Positions 1-10,151 of a stretch of 64,000 nucleotides of DNA are shown here, piece by piece. The stretch covers positions 1 through 64,000 of the IMG/VR virus record IMGVR_UViG_3300037468_000183. One strand, given 5' to 3'. The notes under the pieces are model-generated. The model was not told the DNA's origin, searched no databases, and saw nothing but the letters and a program-made list of their open reading frames with translations. The translations under genes were made by a program, and so were the position numbers. Origin of the DNA: a virus. Numbering within the stretch: position 1 is the first letter of the stretch; each line of letters starts with the position of its first letter.

Positions 1-42
1 GAAGGACACACGCGTACGCGAAATTGAGCTTTAGGGGTTGAC

Positions 43-525
43 GTGAGGGGACGCAAACCAAAACCGACGGCTGAGAAAATCCTGGCTGGCAATCCGGGAG
101 GACGGCCGTTGAATGAGCACGAAGCGCAGCCGGAAGTCCGGATGCCGCGCTGCCCGGAGCACCTGGGCGACGAAGCGCGCAAAGAATGGAAGCGCATGGC
201 GCGCCAATTGTTCGACGCGGGCCTGCTGACCAGCATCGACCGGGCCGCGCTGGCGGCTTATTGCGTCTGCTACGGGCGCTGGGCCGAGGCGGAAATCCTC
301 GTCAAGGAAAAGGGCACCATCGTCAAGACCACCAACGGCAACATCGTGCAGAATCCGTATCTGGCAATCGCCAATCGTGCGATGGATGACATGCGCAAAT
401 ACCTGATCGAATTTGGCATGACGCCATCGAGCCGCAGCCGAGTCAAGGCCGTTGACATGGACGGCGGCGACGACCTGGCGAGTTTGCTATTTTTTGAGAG
501 CAGCGTGGCGCTGAGCAATGGCTGA
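43..525 (+). CDS. terS: Terminase small subunit, P27 family
   Basis: MRGRKPKPT start, QNPYLAIAN and FGMTPSSRSR motifs; overlaps terL. Confidence 0.93.
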   Translation: MRGRKPKPTAEKILAGNPGGRPLNEHEAQPEVRMPRCPEHLGDEARKEWKRMARQLFDAGLLTSIDRAALAAYCVCYGRWAEAEILVKEKGTIVKTTNGNIVQNPYLAIANRAMDDMRKYLIEFGMTPSSRSRVKAVDMDGGDDLASLLFFESSVALSNG

Positions 526-2065
526 GAGCTTCGTTTTCGACGAACGCGCCGCCGACAAAGCCGTGCGTTTCTTCGAGAAAATCCTGGTGCATACCAAAGG
601 CGAATGGTCGGGCCACGGCTTCACGCTGATGGACTGGCAACGCGACGGCATCATTCGCCCGCTGTTCGGCTGGAAGCGCGCCGATGGCAAGCGCCGCTAT
701 CGCACGGCCTACATCGAGATTCCGCGCAAAAACGGCAAAACCACATTGGCGGCGGGCATCGCGTTGTATCTACTGTTTGCCGACGAGGAGCCGGGGGCGG
801 AGGTCTACTCGGCGGCCAGCGACCGCGACCAAGCGGCCATCTGTTTCGAGCAGGCGAAAGGCATGGTCGAAGACTCGCCGCTGCGCAAGTTTGCCGATGT
901 CTGGAAACGCGCGATTGTGGTGCCGAAGACCAGATCGTCGTACAAGGTGCTGTCAGCGGATGCCTTCACCAAACACGGCCTGAACGCTTCGGGGGTGGTC
1001 TTTGACGAGCTACACGCGCAACCAACGCGCGAGCTATGGGACGTGCTGACCACGGCGACGGGGGCACGCCGGCAACCGCTGGTCGTCGCCATCACTACGG
1101 CGGGCTATGATCGCACGTCGATTTGTTGGGAGCAGCACGTGTACGCGCAACAGGTGCTCTCCGGTGTCATCGAGGATCCGGCCTTTTTCGCCTACGTGTC
1201 AGCCGCCGAGGAAAGCGCCGACTGGACTGATCCGGCCGTGTGGCACAAGGCCAATCCAGCGTTGGGACAGACTATCAAGCTCGACTATCTCACGACGGAG
1301 TGCGAGCGGGCTAAACAGGTGCCCGCGTACCAGAACACGTTTCGGCGCTTGCATCTGAACCAATGGACGCTGCAAGACACGCGCTGGCTGGATTTGGGCG
1401 CTTGGGATGCCTGCGGCCTGCCGGTCGATCTGGCTGAGTTGGCGGGACGCACCTGCTACGGCGGGCTCGACTTGGCGAGCACGACCGACCTGGCGGCCTT
1501 CGTGCTGGTCTTCCCGCCGAGCGAGGAAGGCGAGCCGTATCAGGTGTTGCCGGTATTCTGGTGTCCGGAAGAAAACATCCTCGAACGGGCACGCCGGGAT
1601 CGTGTGCCTTACGATGCCTGGGCGCGTGATGGCTTCTTGCGTGCCACGCCGGGCAACGTCATCGACTACGCCACGATCTGCGCCGACATTCAGGCGCTAG
1701 GCGCGCAATTCAATATCCAAGAGATCGCTTTCGACCGCTGGGGCGCGGCGCAGATGAGTCAGCAGCTTGACGGGGCGGGTTTTACCATGATCCCGTTCGG
1801 CCAGGGGTTCGCTTCGCTGAGCGCGCCGACGAAAGAACTACTTCGCCTGGTGCTCGACAAGAGCCTGGCGCACGGTGGGCATCCGGTACTGCGTTGGATG
1901 GCCGACAATGCCGCGGCGCGTCAAGACCCGGCTGGCAATATCAAGCTAGACAAGGCCAAATCGACGGGCCGCATCGACGGCCTGATCGCGCTGATTATGG
2001 GCCTGGATCGGGCGACGCGGCGCGCCGTCTCGGTCTACGAATCACGCGGCGTGCTGGTGCTGTGA
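518..2065 (+). CDS. terL: Terminase large subunit (Terminase_1, HK97/P27-like)
   Basis: Walker A IPRKNGKT, Walker B VVFDELH, ITTAG coupling motif, nuclease GLDLASTTD and RIDGLIA. Confidence 0.96.
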   Translation: MAESFVFDERAADKAVRFFEKILVHTKGEWSGHGFTLMDWQRDGIIRPLFGWKRADGKRRYRTAYIEIPRKNGKTTLAAGIALYLLFADEEPGAEVYSAASDRDQAAICFEQAKGMVEDSPLRKFADVWKRAIVVPKTRSSYKVLSADAFTKHGLNASGVVFDELHAQPTRELWDVLTTATGARRQPLVVAITTAGYDRTSICWEQHVYAQQVLSGVIEDPAFFAYVSAAEESADWTDPAVWHKANPALGQTIKLDYLTTECERAKQVPAYQNTFRRLHLNQWTLQDTRWLDLGAWDACGLPVDLAELAGRTCYGGLDLASTTDLAAFVLVFPPSEEGEPYQVLPVFWCPEENILERARRDRVPYDAWARDGFLRATPGNVIDYATICADIQALGAQFNIQEIAFDRWGAAQMSQQLDGAGFTMIPFGQGFASLSAPTKELLRLVLDKSLAHGGHPVLRWMADNAAARQDPAGNIKLDKAKSTGRIDGLIALIMGLDRATRRAVSVYESRGVLVL

Positions 2066-2259
2066 TGATAGGTCAAGATCATTTCCTGCTTGGTTGGCTG
2101 TGCCCCTGGTGTGGACGCGTTTGGTCACCGAAGATCGAAGAATGCAAGTACTGTCGGCGCGACGATCCAGCCGTGCCATATCAAGACATGCCGGCAGCGT
2201 GCGCGCCAAGCGAGACGGCCATGCTGGACTATCCGGGGGTGCAGGTTGAAACGCGTTAG
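2065..2259 (+). CDS. Small Zn-ribbon protein
   Basis: TGATG overlap with terL stop; WLCPWCGRVWSP...CKYC. Confidence 0.55.
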   Translation: MIGQDHFLLGWLCPWCGRVWSPKIEECKYCRRDDPAVPYQDMPAACAPSETAMLDYPGVQVETR

Positions 2260-2398
2260 CCTGGCTGATATCGCGGCGGTGCTCGGTACGCTTATGCTGG
2301 CGGTGGGTTTGGGGCTGTACGATTGGCGATTGGTATTGATCCTGTTCGGGGCGATTTTGTGCGGCGGCGGAGTGTGGGCGGCCACACGGGAGCATTAG
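2246..2398 (+). CDS. Small two-TM membrane protein
   Basis: TTG start, hydrophobic; usual position between terL and portal. Confidence 0.55.
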   Translation: MKRVSLADIAAVLGTLMLAVGLGLYDWRLVLILFGAILCGGGVWAATREH

Positions 2399-2415
2399 CG
2401 CATGGCGGTGCCGGT

Positions 2416-3279
2416 ATGAGCGTGACCTTGCTCCTGGGTGATTGCACGAAGCTCATGGCCGACATTCCGAGCGCGTCCGTGGATGGCCTTATCACTGATC
2501 CACCATATCCCGAAATCTCGCGCGACTACGGCCGCATGACTGAGGCGGCCTGGTGGGACATGATGATGGTGGTTTGCGCCGAGACGCGGCGCATCCTGAA
2601 GCCTACGGGCAGCGCGGTGTTCATCCTGCAACCGAACAGCCGCAAGGTTGGCTCAATGCGGGGCTGGCTGTGGGAGTTCATGGCCTGGGTGTGTCGCGAG
2701 TGGAACATGGTGCAAGACGTGTGGTGGTGGAATATCGCGGCGCTTCCTGTGGGCGGAGCCACAAACGGAGATTTGACGCGCGCAAGTATCAAGGCGTGCG
2801 TTTGGGCCGGCTCCGACAACTGTTATAGGTATCAGGAGCGTATTTTATTGCCAGAAGCGGATAGGACTCAAAATCGCAATTCTAGCAGAGAGAAAAGGCT
2901 AGGCGGTGAAAACATCCTGCGCACTGCATCCGGGCAAACCGTTCGCGTCTCGAAGATCGGAGATGCGGCGATACGAAGGGGCGGGGTTACGCCTTACAAC
3001 TGTCTTCCAGTGGGCACGAACAGCATAAACGGCAATAGCGGTCACGGCGCAGGCACACCGCTCGAACTGGCGAAGTGGTGGACGCGCTACATCGTGCCAC
3101 CGGGCGGGGTGGTCTGCGATCCATTCATGGGCAGCGGCACGATGGGCTTGGCGGCGCTGGCCTACGGGTGCGACTTCATCGGCATGGAGAAGGAAGATCG
3201 ACCGGGCTACTACCCGACTGCGACGGCACGACTCGCAGACGCGCAAGAGCAGCCACGGCTTGAGGCGGTGCCAGCATGA
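2416..3279 (+). CDS. Amino (N6A/N4C) DNA methyltransferase, beta class
   Basis: LLLGDC, ITDPPY (motif IV), DPFMGSGT (motif I). Confidence 0.9.
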   Translation: MSVTLLLGDCTKLMADIPSASVDGLITDPPYPEISRDYGRMTEAAWWDMMMVVCAETRRILKPTGSAVFILQPNSRKVGSMRGWLWEFMAWVCREWNMVQDVWWWNIAALPVGGATNGDLTRASIKACVWAGSDNCYRYQERILLPEADRTQNRNSSREKRLGGENILRTASGQTVRVSKIGDAAIRRGGVTPYNCLPVGTNSINGNSGHGAGTPLELAKWWTRYIVPPGGVVCDPFMGSGTMGLAALAYGCDFIGMEKEDRPGYYPTATARLADAQEQPRLEAVPA

Positions 3280-3295
3280 CGACAAGGATTAGCGC

Positions 3296-4645
3296 ATGGG
3301 CCTATTAGCGGACTTGCTGCGACCGGAGCGGCGCTTCCAGAGCATAGCCGATATCGACGCGCTTTTTGAGCGTGGCCCAACGACGTTGTCCAGTACGGGC
3401 TTACCGATTGGCCCGACGACGGCGCTGTCCAGTCCGGTCGTGTATGCCTGCGTCAACGTGCTGGCGCAGACGATTGCGGCGCTACCATTGCTGGTCTATC
3501 GCCGTTTGCCGGATGGCGGCAAGGAACGCGCGCCGTATCATCCGCTGTATGACCTGATGCACACCGCGCCTAACCCGGAGATGACCGCCTACGAGTTTCG
3601 CTCGTGTCTGGTGGGCCATCAAGCCTTGTGGGGCAATGCCTACGCCGAGATTCAGCGCAGTGACGCCAAGATTCTTGCACTGTGGCCGTTGCGCCCGGAT
3701 CGCATGACCGTGCAGCGCAACGAAGCGAGTGAGTTGGAGTACAGCTATCGGCTGCCGGACGGAAGATTAAAGTTGTTCCCCTTTGCCAATATCATGCACT
3801 GGCGGGCGTTGTCATCGAATGGCATCCTGGGCTACTCGCCGATTCAAATGGCGGCTGAGGCGGTGGGTCTCGACCTGGCGGCGCGTCAGTACGGGGCCAG
3901 ATTCTACGGCAACGACTCGCGGCCCGGTGGTGTACTCAAGAGCTCCGGCAAGCTGAGCGACGCCGGGGCCAAGCGCCTGAAAGATTCTTGGGAGTCTGCG
4001 CATCAGGGCTTGTCGAATAGCCAGCGCGTGGCCGTGCTGGAAGACGGTGTCGAGTGGCAACAAATCGGCATCCCGCCTGAGCAAGCGCAATTTTTGGAGA
4101 GCCGCAAATATCAGCGTTCCGAGATTGCCGCGCTGTACCGGGTGCCATTGCATATGGTAAATGACTTAGAGCGTGCAACTTTTTCTAACATCGAACATCA
4201 ATCATTGGAGTTCGTCAAATTTACGCTGTATCCGTGGTTAGTGCAGATCGAACAGGCCATTCAACGCGATTTATTCAGGATTTCTGCCGGAAAACGCACA
4301 CATTTTGGCGAGCATTTGGTAGATGGTTTGCTGCGCGGCGATATCCAGAGTCGTTATACGGCATACCAGATTGCGCGGCTGAACGGCTGGATGAACGCTA
4401 ATGAGATTCGCGAGCTCGAGAACATGAATCCAATTGACGATGCCGCAGGCAAACAATACTGGATGCCTGCCAATATGACGGTGGCGGGCGAGCCACGTCC
4501 GCAGGCTGCGCCGTTGCCGCAGGCGGAGCCGGAAGCCGAGCCGGAGGATGATGCCGACGAAGCGCCGGAGGACGGCGAAAGTTCCGACGAAGCGCAGAAT
4601 GCGGATAGATTCGCGCTAGTTCGAGACAAGGATAAATCGCAGTGA
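3296..4645 (+). CDS. Portal protein, HK97 family
   Basis: VYACVNVLAQTIA, PNPEMT, GNAYAEI, QFLESRK, TFSNIEHQ, NEIRELEN. Confidence 0.96.
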   Translation: MGLLADLLRPERRFQSIADIDALFERGPTTLSSTGLPIGPTTALSSPVVYACVNVLAQTIAALPLLVYRRLPDGGKERAPYHPLYDLMHTAPNPEMTAYEFRSCLVGHQALWGNAYAEIQRSDAKILALWPLRPDRMTVQRNEASELEYSYRLPDGRLKLFPFANIMHWRALSSNGILGYSPIQMAAEAVGLDLAARQYGARFYGNDSRPGGVLKSSGKLSDAGAKRLKDSWESAHQGLSNSQRVAVLEDGVEWQQIGIPPEQAQFLESRKYQRSEIAALYRVPLHMVNDLERATFSNIEHQSLEFVKFTLYPWLVQIEQAIQRDLFRISAGKRTHFGEHLVDGLLRGDIQSRYTAYQIARLNGWMNANEIRELENMNPIDDAAGKQYWMPANMTVAGEPRPQAAPLPQAEPEAEPEDDADEAPEDGESSDEAQNADRFALVRDKDKSQ

Positions 4646-6147
4646 CGCGCAGTGTGTTGGTCATCGGCCCGCCCTTATCGGGAAAATCTACCTGGGTTAA
4701 AGAACATGCCCAGGCCGGGGATTTGATTTGGGATTTCGATCTCGTGCATTCGGCCTTGTCGTTGCAGGACTCGCACCAACACATCGACAGTATTAAGCCG
4801 TATGTATTCGTCGTCCGAGATGCGATTTTCAAGCGGCTGAGAGAGCCAGGAATCGCTAACGCCTGGATTATTAGCTCGTCTCCTGAGAAAAGCCGGGTGC
4901 AGGAGCAGATTGACCAATTGGACGCGCAGGTGATGCCGCTCCTAGCTACACCGGAGGAAGCGCATCGCCGGGCGGACAAAACCGAACGACCAGCAGCTTG
5001 GCACGGCTACATCGATAATTGGTTTGCAAAAAATGACTGGACAGCGGACGATTTTCATGGGCGTTTGTTCGAGGAGCAAAAACGGACGCTATCCGGGACA
5101 CCGCAGATTTTGCAAGTACCGATGAAGCCGAGCCGGAAGGAGAACCAGATGCCGTGGGTGATTAATCTTCACGAGGATGGCCCGGACAAAGGCCGTTTCT
5201 GCGTGCACAAGGAAAACGCCGATGGCAGCGCGGGGGAAGCCATCGCCTGCCATGACACCGAGAAGCAGGCGAAGGCGCATCAGGCCGCTTTGTATGCCAA
5301 CGAGCCGGAGGCGAATGCCAAGCCGAGCCGACCAGCGCGTCCGCTGCGCGACGATGGCAGCGAGCGCCGCACTCTGCTCGTGGAAGACATTACGCTGCGC
5401 ACCGACGAACAAACCGGCGCGCCGTTGGTCGAGGGCTATTCGTCGGTATTCAACAGCCTGAGCGAAGTCCTGTTCGAATGGGATAACGGCCGCTTCCGCG
5501 AGCAGGTTGCGTCTGGTGCGTTCACGAAATCGCTGCGCGAGCAGAACGTGCCGCTGTTGGTAGAGCACGCCAATCTGCCATTGGCGACTACCGGATCGGG
5601 CACACTGAAGCTGACAGAGGACAGTCACGGCTTGCGCTTCTCCTCGTCGCTCGACATGAGCGACCCGGACGTGCAGCGCCTCGTGCCCAAGATGCGCCGC
5701 GGCGATCTAAACAAATGCTCGTTCGGCTTCATCCCGATTCGGGAGTCCTGGGACGAAAAGACCAAGCCGCGCACACGCACGCTGCACGAGGTGCGCTTGC
5801 TGGACGTGTCGATTGTCGGACGGCCCGCTTATCCCGCGACCGAGGCGAAGGTGCGCAAGGCGCTCTTGGATGAGGGCTTGGATGCCGAGAGCATCACCGA
5901 TGTACTGGTGCGCGTGCGGCAAGGATTGCCGCTTGAAGACAACGACGTTGACCTGTTGCGGTTGCTCGTGCGGACGTGCAGCCAGCAACTTGCCGAGATA
6001 GCCACTGCGCCGGAAGTCGCGCCGCTCCTAGCTGAGCACCCGACCGAAAGCCCACAGCCGGCTCCGCTGCCAAGCGCGCCGAGTCCTGAGACTCACTCGC
6101 TGGCCTGGTACAGGACACGACTCATAAAACTGGAAGGTGTAATATGA
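4642..6147 (+). CDS. HK97-type prohead protease with an in-frame N-terminal P-loop kinase-like domain; internal start at 5149
   Basis: GPPLSGKST at N-terminus; protease motifs GYSSVFN, LLVEH, CSFGF, DVSIVGRPAYPAT; AAGGAG before ATG 5149. Confidence 0.88.
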   Translation: MTRSVLVIGPPLSGKSTWVKEHAQAGDLIWDFDLVHSALSLQDSHQHIDSIKPYVFVVRDAIFKRLREPGIANAWIISSSPEKSRVQEQIDQLDAQVMPLLATPEEAHRRADKTERPAAWHGYIDNWFAKNDWTADDFHGRLFEEQKRTLSGTPQILQVPMKPSRKENQMPWVINLHEDGPDKGRFCVHKENADGSAGEAIACHDTEKQAKAHQAALYANEPEANAKPSRPARPLRDDGSERRTLLVEDITLRTDEQTGAPLVEGYSSVFNSLSEVLFEWDNGRFREQVASGAFTKSLREQNVPLLVEHANLPLATTGSGTLKLTEDSHGLRFSSSLDMSDPDVQRLVPKMRRGDLNKCSFGFIPIRESWDEKTKPRTRTLHEVRLLDVSIVGRPAYPATEAKVRKALLDEGLDAESITDVLVRVRQGLPLEDNDVDLLRLLVRTCSQQLAEIATAPEVAPLLAEHPTESPQPAPLPSAPSPETHSLAWYRTRLIKLEGVI

Positions 6148-7451
6148 CCCTGGAAGAAATGCGGGCAAAACGCTTGGAATTGGCGCGGAGTGCGCGGGCC
6201 ATTCTGGCGGTCTGTGAAGACGAAAAGCGCGAACAGACGCGCGAAGAAGAACGCATCCTGAAGGACTTCATCGAGCGCGGCGAAGCGATGGCTGCGCTTA
6301 TCGAGAAAGAGGCGCGCGTGCAGGCGTTGGAGGAGATGACCGAACGCTCCCACGCCGAGCCGACCAAACCGGACGTGAGCGAGGAAGACAATCGCCAGGC
6401 GCAGGGTTCACCCCGGCGCTTCCGTTCCTTCGGCGAGCAGATGCAGGCGGTGATTCGGGCCAGCCAGCCGGGCGGGGGTGTCGATCCCCGACTGTTGACG
6501 CGTGCCGTGATGGGCATGGGGGAAGGGACGCCTTCGGACGGCGGCTTCCTGGTGCAGACCGACTTCGCGGCCGAACTGCTGAAGCGGACTTACGAGACCG
6601 GCCAGGTTGCCAGTCGTTGCCGGCGCATCGGTATCAGCGCCAACGCCAACGGGCTGAAAATCCCGGCCATCGACGAGACCAGCCGCGCGGACGGTTCCCG
6701 CTGGGGCGGCGTGCGCGCCTACTGGACGGCTGAGGCGGGCGACAAGTCGAACGCCACACCGTCCTTCCGCCAACTCGAGCTGAACCTGAAGAAGCTGACG
6801 GGCTTGGCTTACGCGACCGACGAACTGTTGGCGGACGCCAGCGCCCTGGAGAACGTGCTGATGCAGGCGTTCTCGGAGGAGTTCGGTTTCAAACTGGACG
6901 ACTCGATTATCAATGGCGACGGTGCAGGCAAGCCGCTGGGCGTGCTGGTTTCCCCGGCGCTAGTCAGCGTCACGAAAGAAGTGGGCCAGCCCGCGGCGAC
7001 ATTGCAGCCGGAGAACCTCATCAAGATGTGGTCGCGCTGCTATGCGCGCTCGCGCTTGAATGCGGTCTGGTTCGTCAACCAGGACATCGAGCCGCAACTG
7101 TTCACGATGGGTATCCAGGTCGGCACGGGCGGCGGCACGGTCTACATGCCACCGGGCGGCCTGAGCGGGCAACCCTACGGCACGTTGTTTGGGCGGCCCG
7201 TGATCCCCATCGAGCAATGCGCGACGCTCGGCACGAAGGGCGACATTCTGCTGGCGGATATGAGCCAGTACATCCTGATCGACAAGGGCGGCATGCAGAG
7301 CGCCTCCTCGATCCACGTGCGCTTCACCAACGATGAGAGCGTGTTCCGCTTCGTCTACCGCGTGGACGGTCTACCGATCTGGCAGTCGCCGCTCACGCCG
7401 TACAAGGGCAGCGCGAACACGCAAAGTCCGTTTGTGGCCATGTGGGGATAA
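6144..7451 (+). CDS. Major capsid protein, HK97 fold with N-terminal delta domain
   Basis: Coiled-coil N-terminus, DGGFLV, IINGDGAGKPLG, LFGRPVI, FRFVYRVDG. Confidence 0.95.
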   Translation: MTLEEMRAKRLELARSARAILAVCEDEKREQTREEERILKDFIERGEAMAALIEKEARVQALEEMTERSHAEPTKPDVSEEDNRQAQGSPRRFRSFGEQMQAVIRASQPGGGVDPRLLTRAVMGMGEGTPSDGGFLVQTDFAAELLKRTYETGQVASRCRRIGISANANGLKIPAIDETSRADGSRWGGVRAYWTAEAGDKSNATPSFRQLELNLKKLTGLAYATDELLADASALENVLMQAFSEEFGFKLDDSIINGDGAGKPLGVLVSPALVSVTKEVGQPAATLQPENLIKMWSRCYARSRLNAVWFVNQDIEPQLFTMGIQVGTGGGTVYMPPGGLSGQPYGTLFGRPVIPIEQCATLGTKGDILLADMSQYILIDKGGMQSASSIHVRFTNDESVFRFVYRVDGLPIWQSPLTPYKGSANTQSPFVAMWG

Positions 7452-7461
7452 GGAGGAAGCC

Positions 7462-7959
7462 ATGAGCAGTCCATTCTCCCTGCTGGAGAACTTGAAGCCG
7501 GTGCAGTTCATCACCCCGCGCGTGGGCAATGGCGCGTGTACGGGCGATTACGTCAGCCTGAAAAACGCGCTCAAAGCCTGGATCGTGCTGGACTTTACCG
7601 AAGGCGGTGCGGAAGCCGTATCGTTTCAGCCGGTGAAGGCGACGGCGGTCGCGCCGACCAACTCGACGGCGATCACGGCGGTGGTGCGCATCTGGAGCAA
7701 TCTGGACACAGCCACCAGCGATCTGCTTGTGGAGCGCACCGCGGCAGTACTGTATGCTGCCGATGCCGTGGCGACGAGTAAGCAAATCGTCTTCGAGATC
7801 GACCCGAATGACCTGGGTGAGTTGGCAGGTGTGCCCTACGATGTGATCTCGCTGACGGCGACCGCGCCGAATGCGGGTGACTACCTCTCTGGCACGATCT
7901 GGATTCAGCCGCGCTATGCCAGTCGGGTATTGACCTCCCCGACCGCGCTCACGGATTGA
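7462..7959 (+). CDS. Putative head decoration protein, paralogue A1
   Basis: AGGAGG RBS; directly after MCP; GDYVSLK and RIWSNL shared with 8006-8497. Confidence 0.7.
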   Translation: MSSPFSLLENLKPVQFITPRVGNGACTGDYVSLKNALKAWIVLDFTEGGAEAVSFQPVKATAVAPTNSTAITAVVRIWSNLDTATSDLLVERTAAVLYAADAVATSKQIVFEIDPNDLGELAGVPYDVISLTATAPNAGDYLSGTIWIQPRYASRVLTSPTALTD

Positions 7960-7965
7960 CGTAAG

Positions 7966-7993
7966 GCGGGTCGGTGGGTGACTACCGGCCCGC
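7966..7993 (+). other. Intergenic GC hairpin
   Basis: gcgggtcggtgg-gtga-ctaccggcccgc. Confidence 0.5.
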
Positions 7994-8005
7994 AAGGAGT
8001 GAGAG

Positions 8006-8497
8006 ATGAGTTTACCTTTTGCATTGCCCGAAAACGTCAAGATCGTTGAAGGCTTGGTGCCACAGATCGGCGCAGCCGCGGCGGTGACTGGCGATTATGT
8101 CAGCTTGAAAGGTTGTCATAAAGCGTATGTCGCGATTCACTATAATCAAGGCGACGCAACTGACATCACCTGGAACGTGACGCGCGCGACGGCTGTAGCG
8201 CCCACCGGCGCGGTGGTGATGACCGAGTTGATGCGCATCTGGAGCAATCTGGCGTGCGCGACGAGCGATCTGTTCGTGGAACGCACGGCCGCGGTGAACT
8301 ACGCCAGCGGCGCGGCCCAGACGCACAAGCTCGTGATCTTCGAGGTTGACCCGGATTCGTTGACGGAAACCTTCGACTGCATCGCCGGGGCAAGCACTAC
8401 GGCCATCGCCGCAACGAGTACCGTGGCGATTACGTACTATCTGATTCCGCGCTATCCGGGGCGGGTGCTGACTTCACCGACTGCGCTCACGGACTAA
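8006..8497 (+). CDS. Putative head decoration protein, paralogue A2
   Basis: Same C-terminus RVLTSPTALTD as A1. Confidence 0.7.
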   Translation: MSLPFALPENVKIVEGLVPQIGAAAAVTGDYVSLKGCHKAYVAIHYNQGDATDITWNVTRATAVAPTGAVVMTELMRIWSNLACATSDLFVERTAAVNYASGAAQTHKLVIFEVDPDSLTETFDCIAGASTTAIAATSTVAITYYLIPRYPGRVLTSPTALTD

Positions 8498-8507
8498 CAT
8501 CACTGGT

Positions 8508-8534
8508 CGCGCCCGGTCGGACTGGCCGGGCGCG
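8508..8534 (+). terminator. Hairpin, possible terminator or processing site
   Basis: cgcgcccggtc...ggccgggcgcg; no U-tract. Confidence 0.4.
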
Positions 8535-8556
8535 CAACCTCAGGAGGGTTGCGACC

Positions 8557-9339
8557 ATGCTACACTCAAGATGGATCAACGGGGCACTGGCCTATTGGGA
8601 TACGCACCAGTGCCGCATCATCGACGCCATCGGTACATCGGTGGTCAAGTACAGCAATCACTTTGTGTCTGTGCCACTGGATGACACGACCCGCAACCCG
8701 TCAGAATGGCGCTGGGTTTCGGACACTGCCACGGACGCCATCACGCTGCCCATCTCGACTACCGGGGGCGTGATGCAACTGGCGACCGGGGCGGGTGGCG
8801 AGAATGAGACTTACCTGCAACTCGGCGGCGCGGCCAGCGTTACCAATGCGCCGTTCATCATCGCGGGCGCGGCGGGCGTTGCGACCAACCAGCCGCTCTA
8901 TTTCGGGATTCGCGTCAAGGCGCTGGAGCACCTGGCTGAAGGCGTGTTCGTCGGATTGGCCGGCGAAGGCGCGGCGGCGGGGAACTTCCTAACCGACGTG
9001 TCGGGCGTGATTGCCGATGATGACTTTATCGGCTTCAACATCCTGTCTGCTACGCCAGCCGCCTGGAACATCACCTGGCGCAATGCGGGGCAAGCGGTGC
9101 AGGCTGTTACCGGCGTGGCAACCAATGCCGACGACTGGCACATTTTCGAGTTCTACTACGATGGCGCGACGACCGTGACGTTCTGGGCCGATGGCGTGGC
9201 CAGCGCAACGGTGGCCACCACGACCGCGGCAACCTTCCCATTCAACGAGGAAATGGGGCCGATCCTGGCCATCAAGACGACCGCGGCTTTCCTGAAGCGG
9301 TTGCAGGTCGATTGGCTGCGGGTCATTCAGTTCAACTAG
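8557..9339 (+). CDS. Putative virion beta-sandwich (ConA/LamG-like) protein, paralogue B1
   Basis: DWHIFEFYYDG..VTFW, LQVDWLRVIQ; capsid-region location. Confidence 0.65.
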   Translation: MLHSRWINGALAYWDTHQCRIIDAIGTSVVKYSNHFVSVPLDDTTRNPSEWRWVSDTATDAITLPISTTGGVMQLATGAGGENETYLQLGGAASVTNAPFIIAGAAGVATNQPLYFGIRVKALEHLAEGVFVGLAGEGAAAGNFLTDVSGVIADDDFIGFNILSATPAAWNITWRNAGQAVQAVTGVATNADDWHIFEFYYDGATTVTFWADGVASATVATTTAATFPFNEEMGPILAIKTTAAFLKRLQVDWLRVIQFN

Positions 9340-9348
9340 GAGGCGGAT

Positions 9349-10140
9349 ATGCTACATTCACGTTGGGTCAACGGCAATCTCGCCTTCTGGGATACGCAGC
9401 AGTGTCGCATCATCGACGCCGTGGGGGCGGGAGTGGTCAAGTACCTCAACCACTTCACAGACCTACCGCTCGATAATGCGACCTGGTTCCCGGATGATTG
9501 GAACACCTTCGCCACGAATGCCGGGGCGGATATCGTTGCGCAGCCGATCAGTGTGCCGGGCGGTGTCTTGCAGCTCTCGACGGGCGCGGCAGCTACCGAC
9601 AATGACGAGACCTACATCCAACTCGGCGGTTCGGCTTGTGTCACCAATGCGCCGTTCGTAATCGCGGGCGCGGCGGGCGTTGCGAACGCTTCTCCGCTGT
9701 ACTTCGGGGCGCGCGTCAAGGCGCTGGAAGTGGCGGACGGCGGGTGGTTCGTGGGTCTGGCTGAGGAAGGCGCGGCGGTCACGCTGTTCATGGCGGCCAA
9801 CTCGGCGGTCTTGGCGGCGAAAGACCACATCGGCTTCAACATCCTGACGGCCTCACCAGCCGCCTGGAATATCACGTGGAAACGCGGCGCGGGCGCGGTA
9901 CAAACTGCGGCCGCCGTCGCTGTCAACGCGGGCGATTGGCATACGTTCGAGTTCTGGTATGACGGCGCAACCACCGTCACGTTCTGGATTGACGGTGTGC
10001 TGAGTGCGACCACCGCGTTGACGACAGCCGGGACATTCCCCTACGCTGAGGAAATGGGGCCGATTCTGGGTGTCAAGACCGGCGAGAACGTGCTGAAGCG
10101 GTTGCAAGTCGATTGGCTGCGCGTGGTGCAGTTCAGCTAG
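9349..10140 (+). CDS. Putative virion beta-sandwich protein, paralogue B2
   Basis: Colinear paralogue of 8557-9339 (MLHSRW...LQVDWLRV). Confidence 0.65.
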   Translation: MLHSRWVNGNLAFWDTQQCRIIDAVGAGVVKYLNHFTDLPLDNATWFPDDWNTFATNAGADIVAQPISVPGGVLQLSTGAAATDNDETYIQLGGSACVTNAPFVIAGAAGVANASPLYFGARVKALEVADGGWFVGLAEEGAAVTLFMAANSAVLAAKDHIGFNILTASPAAWNITWKRGAGAVQTAAAVAVNAGDWHTFEFWYDGATTVTFWIDGVLSATTALTTAGTFPYAEEMGPILGVKTGENVLKRLQVDWLRVVQFS

Positions 10141-10151
10141 ACGGAGGAACT

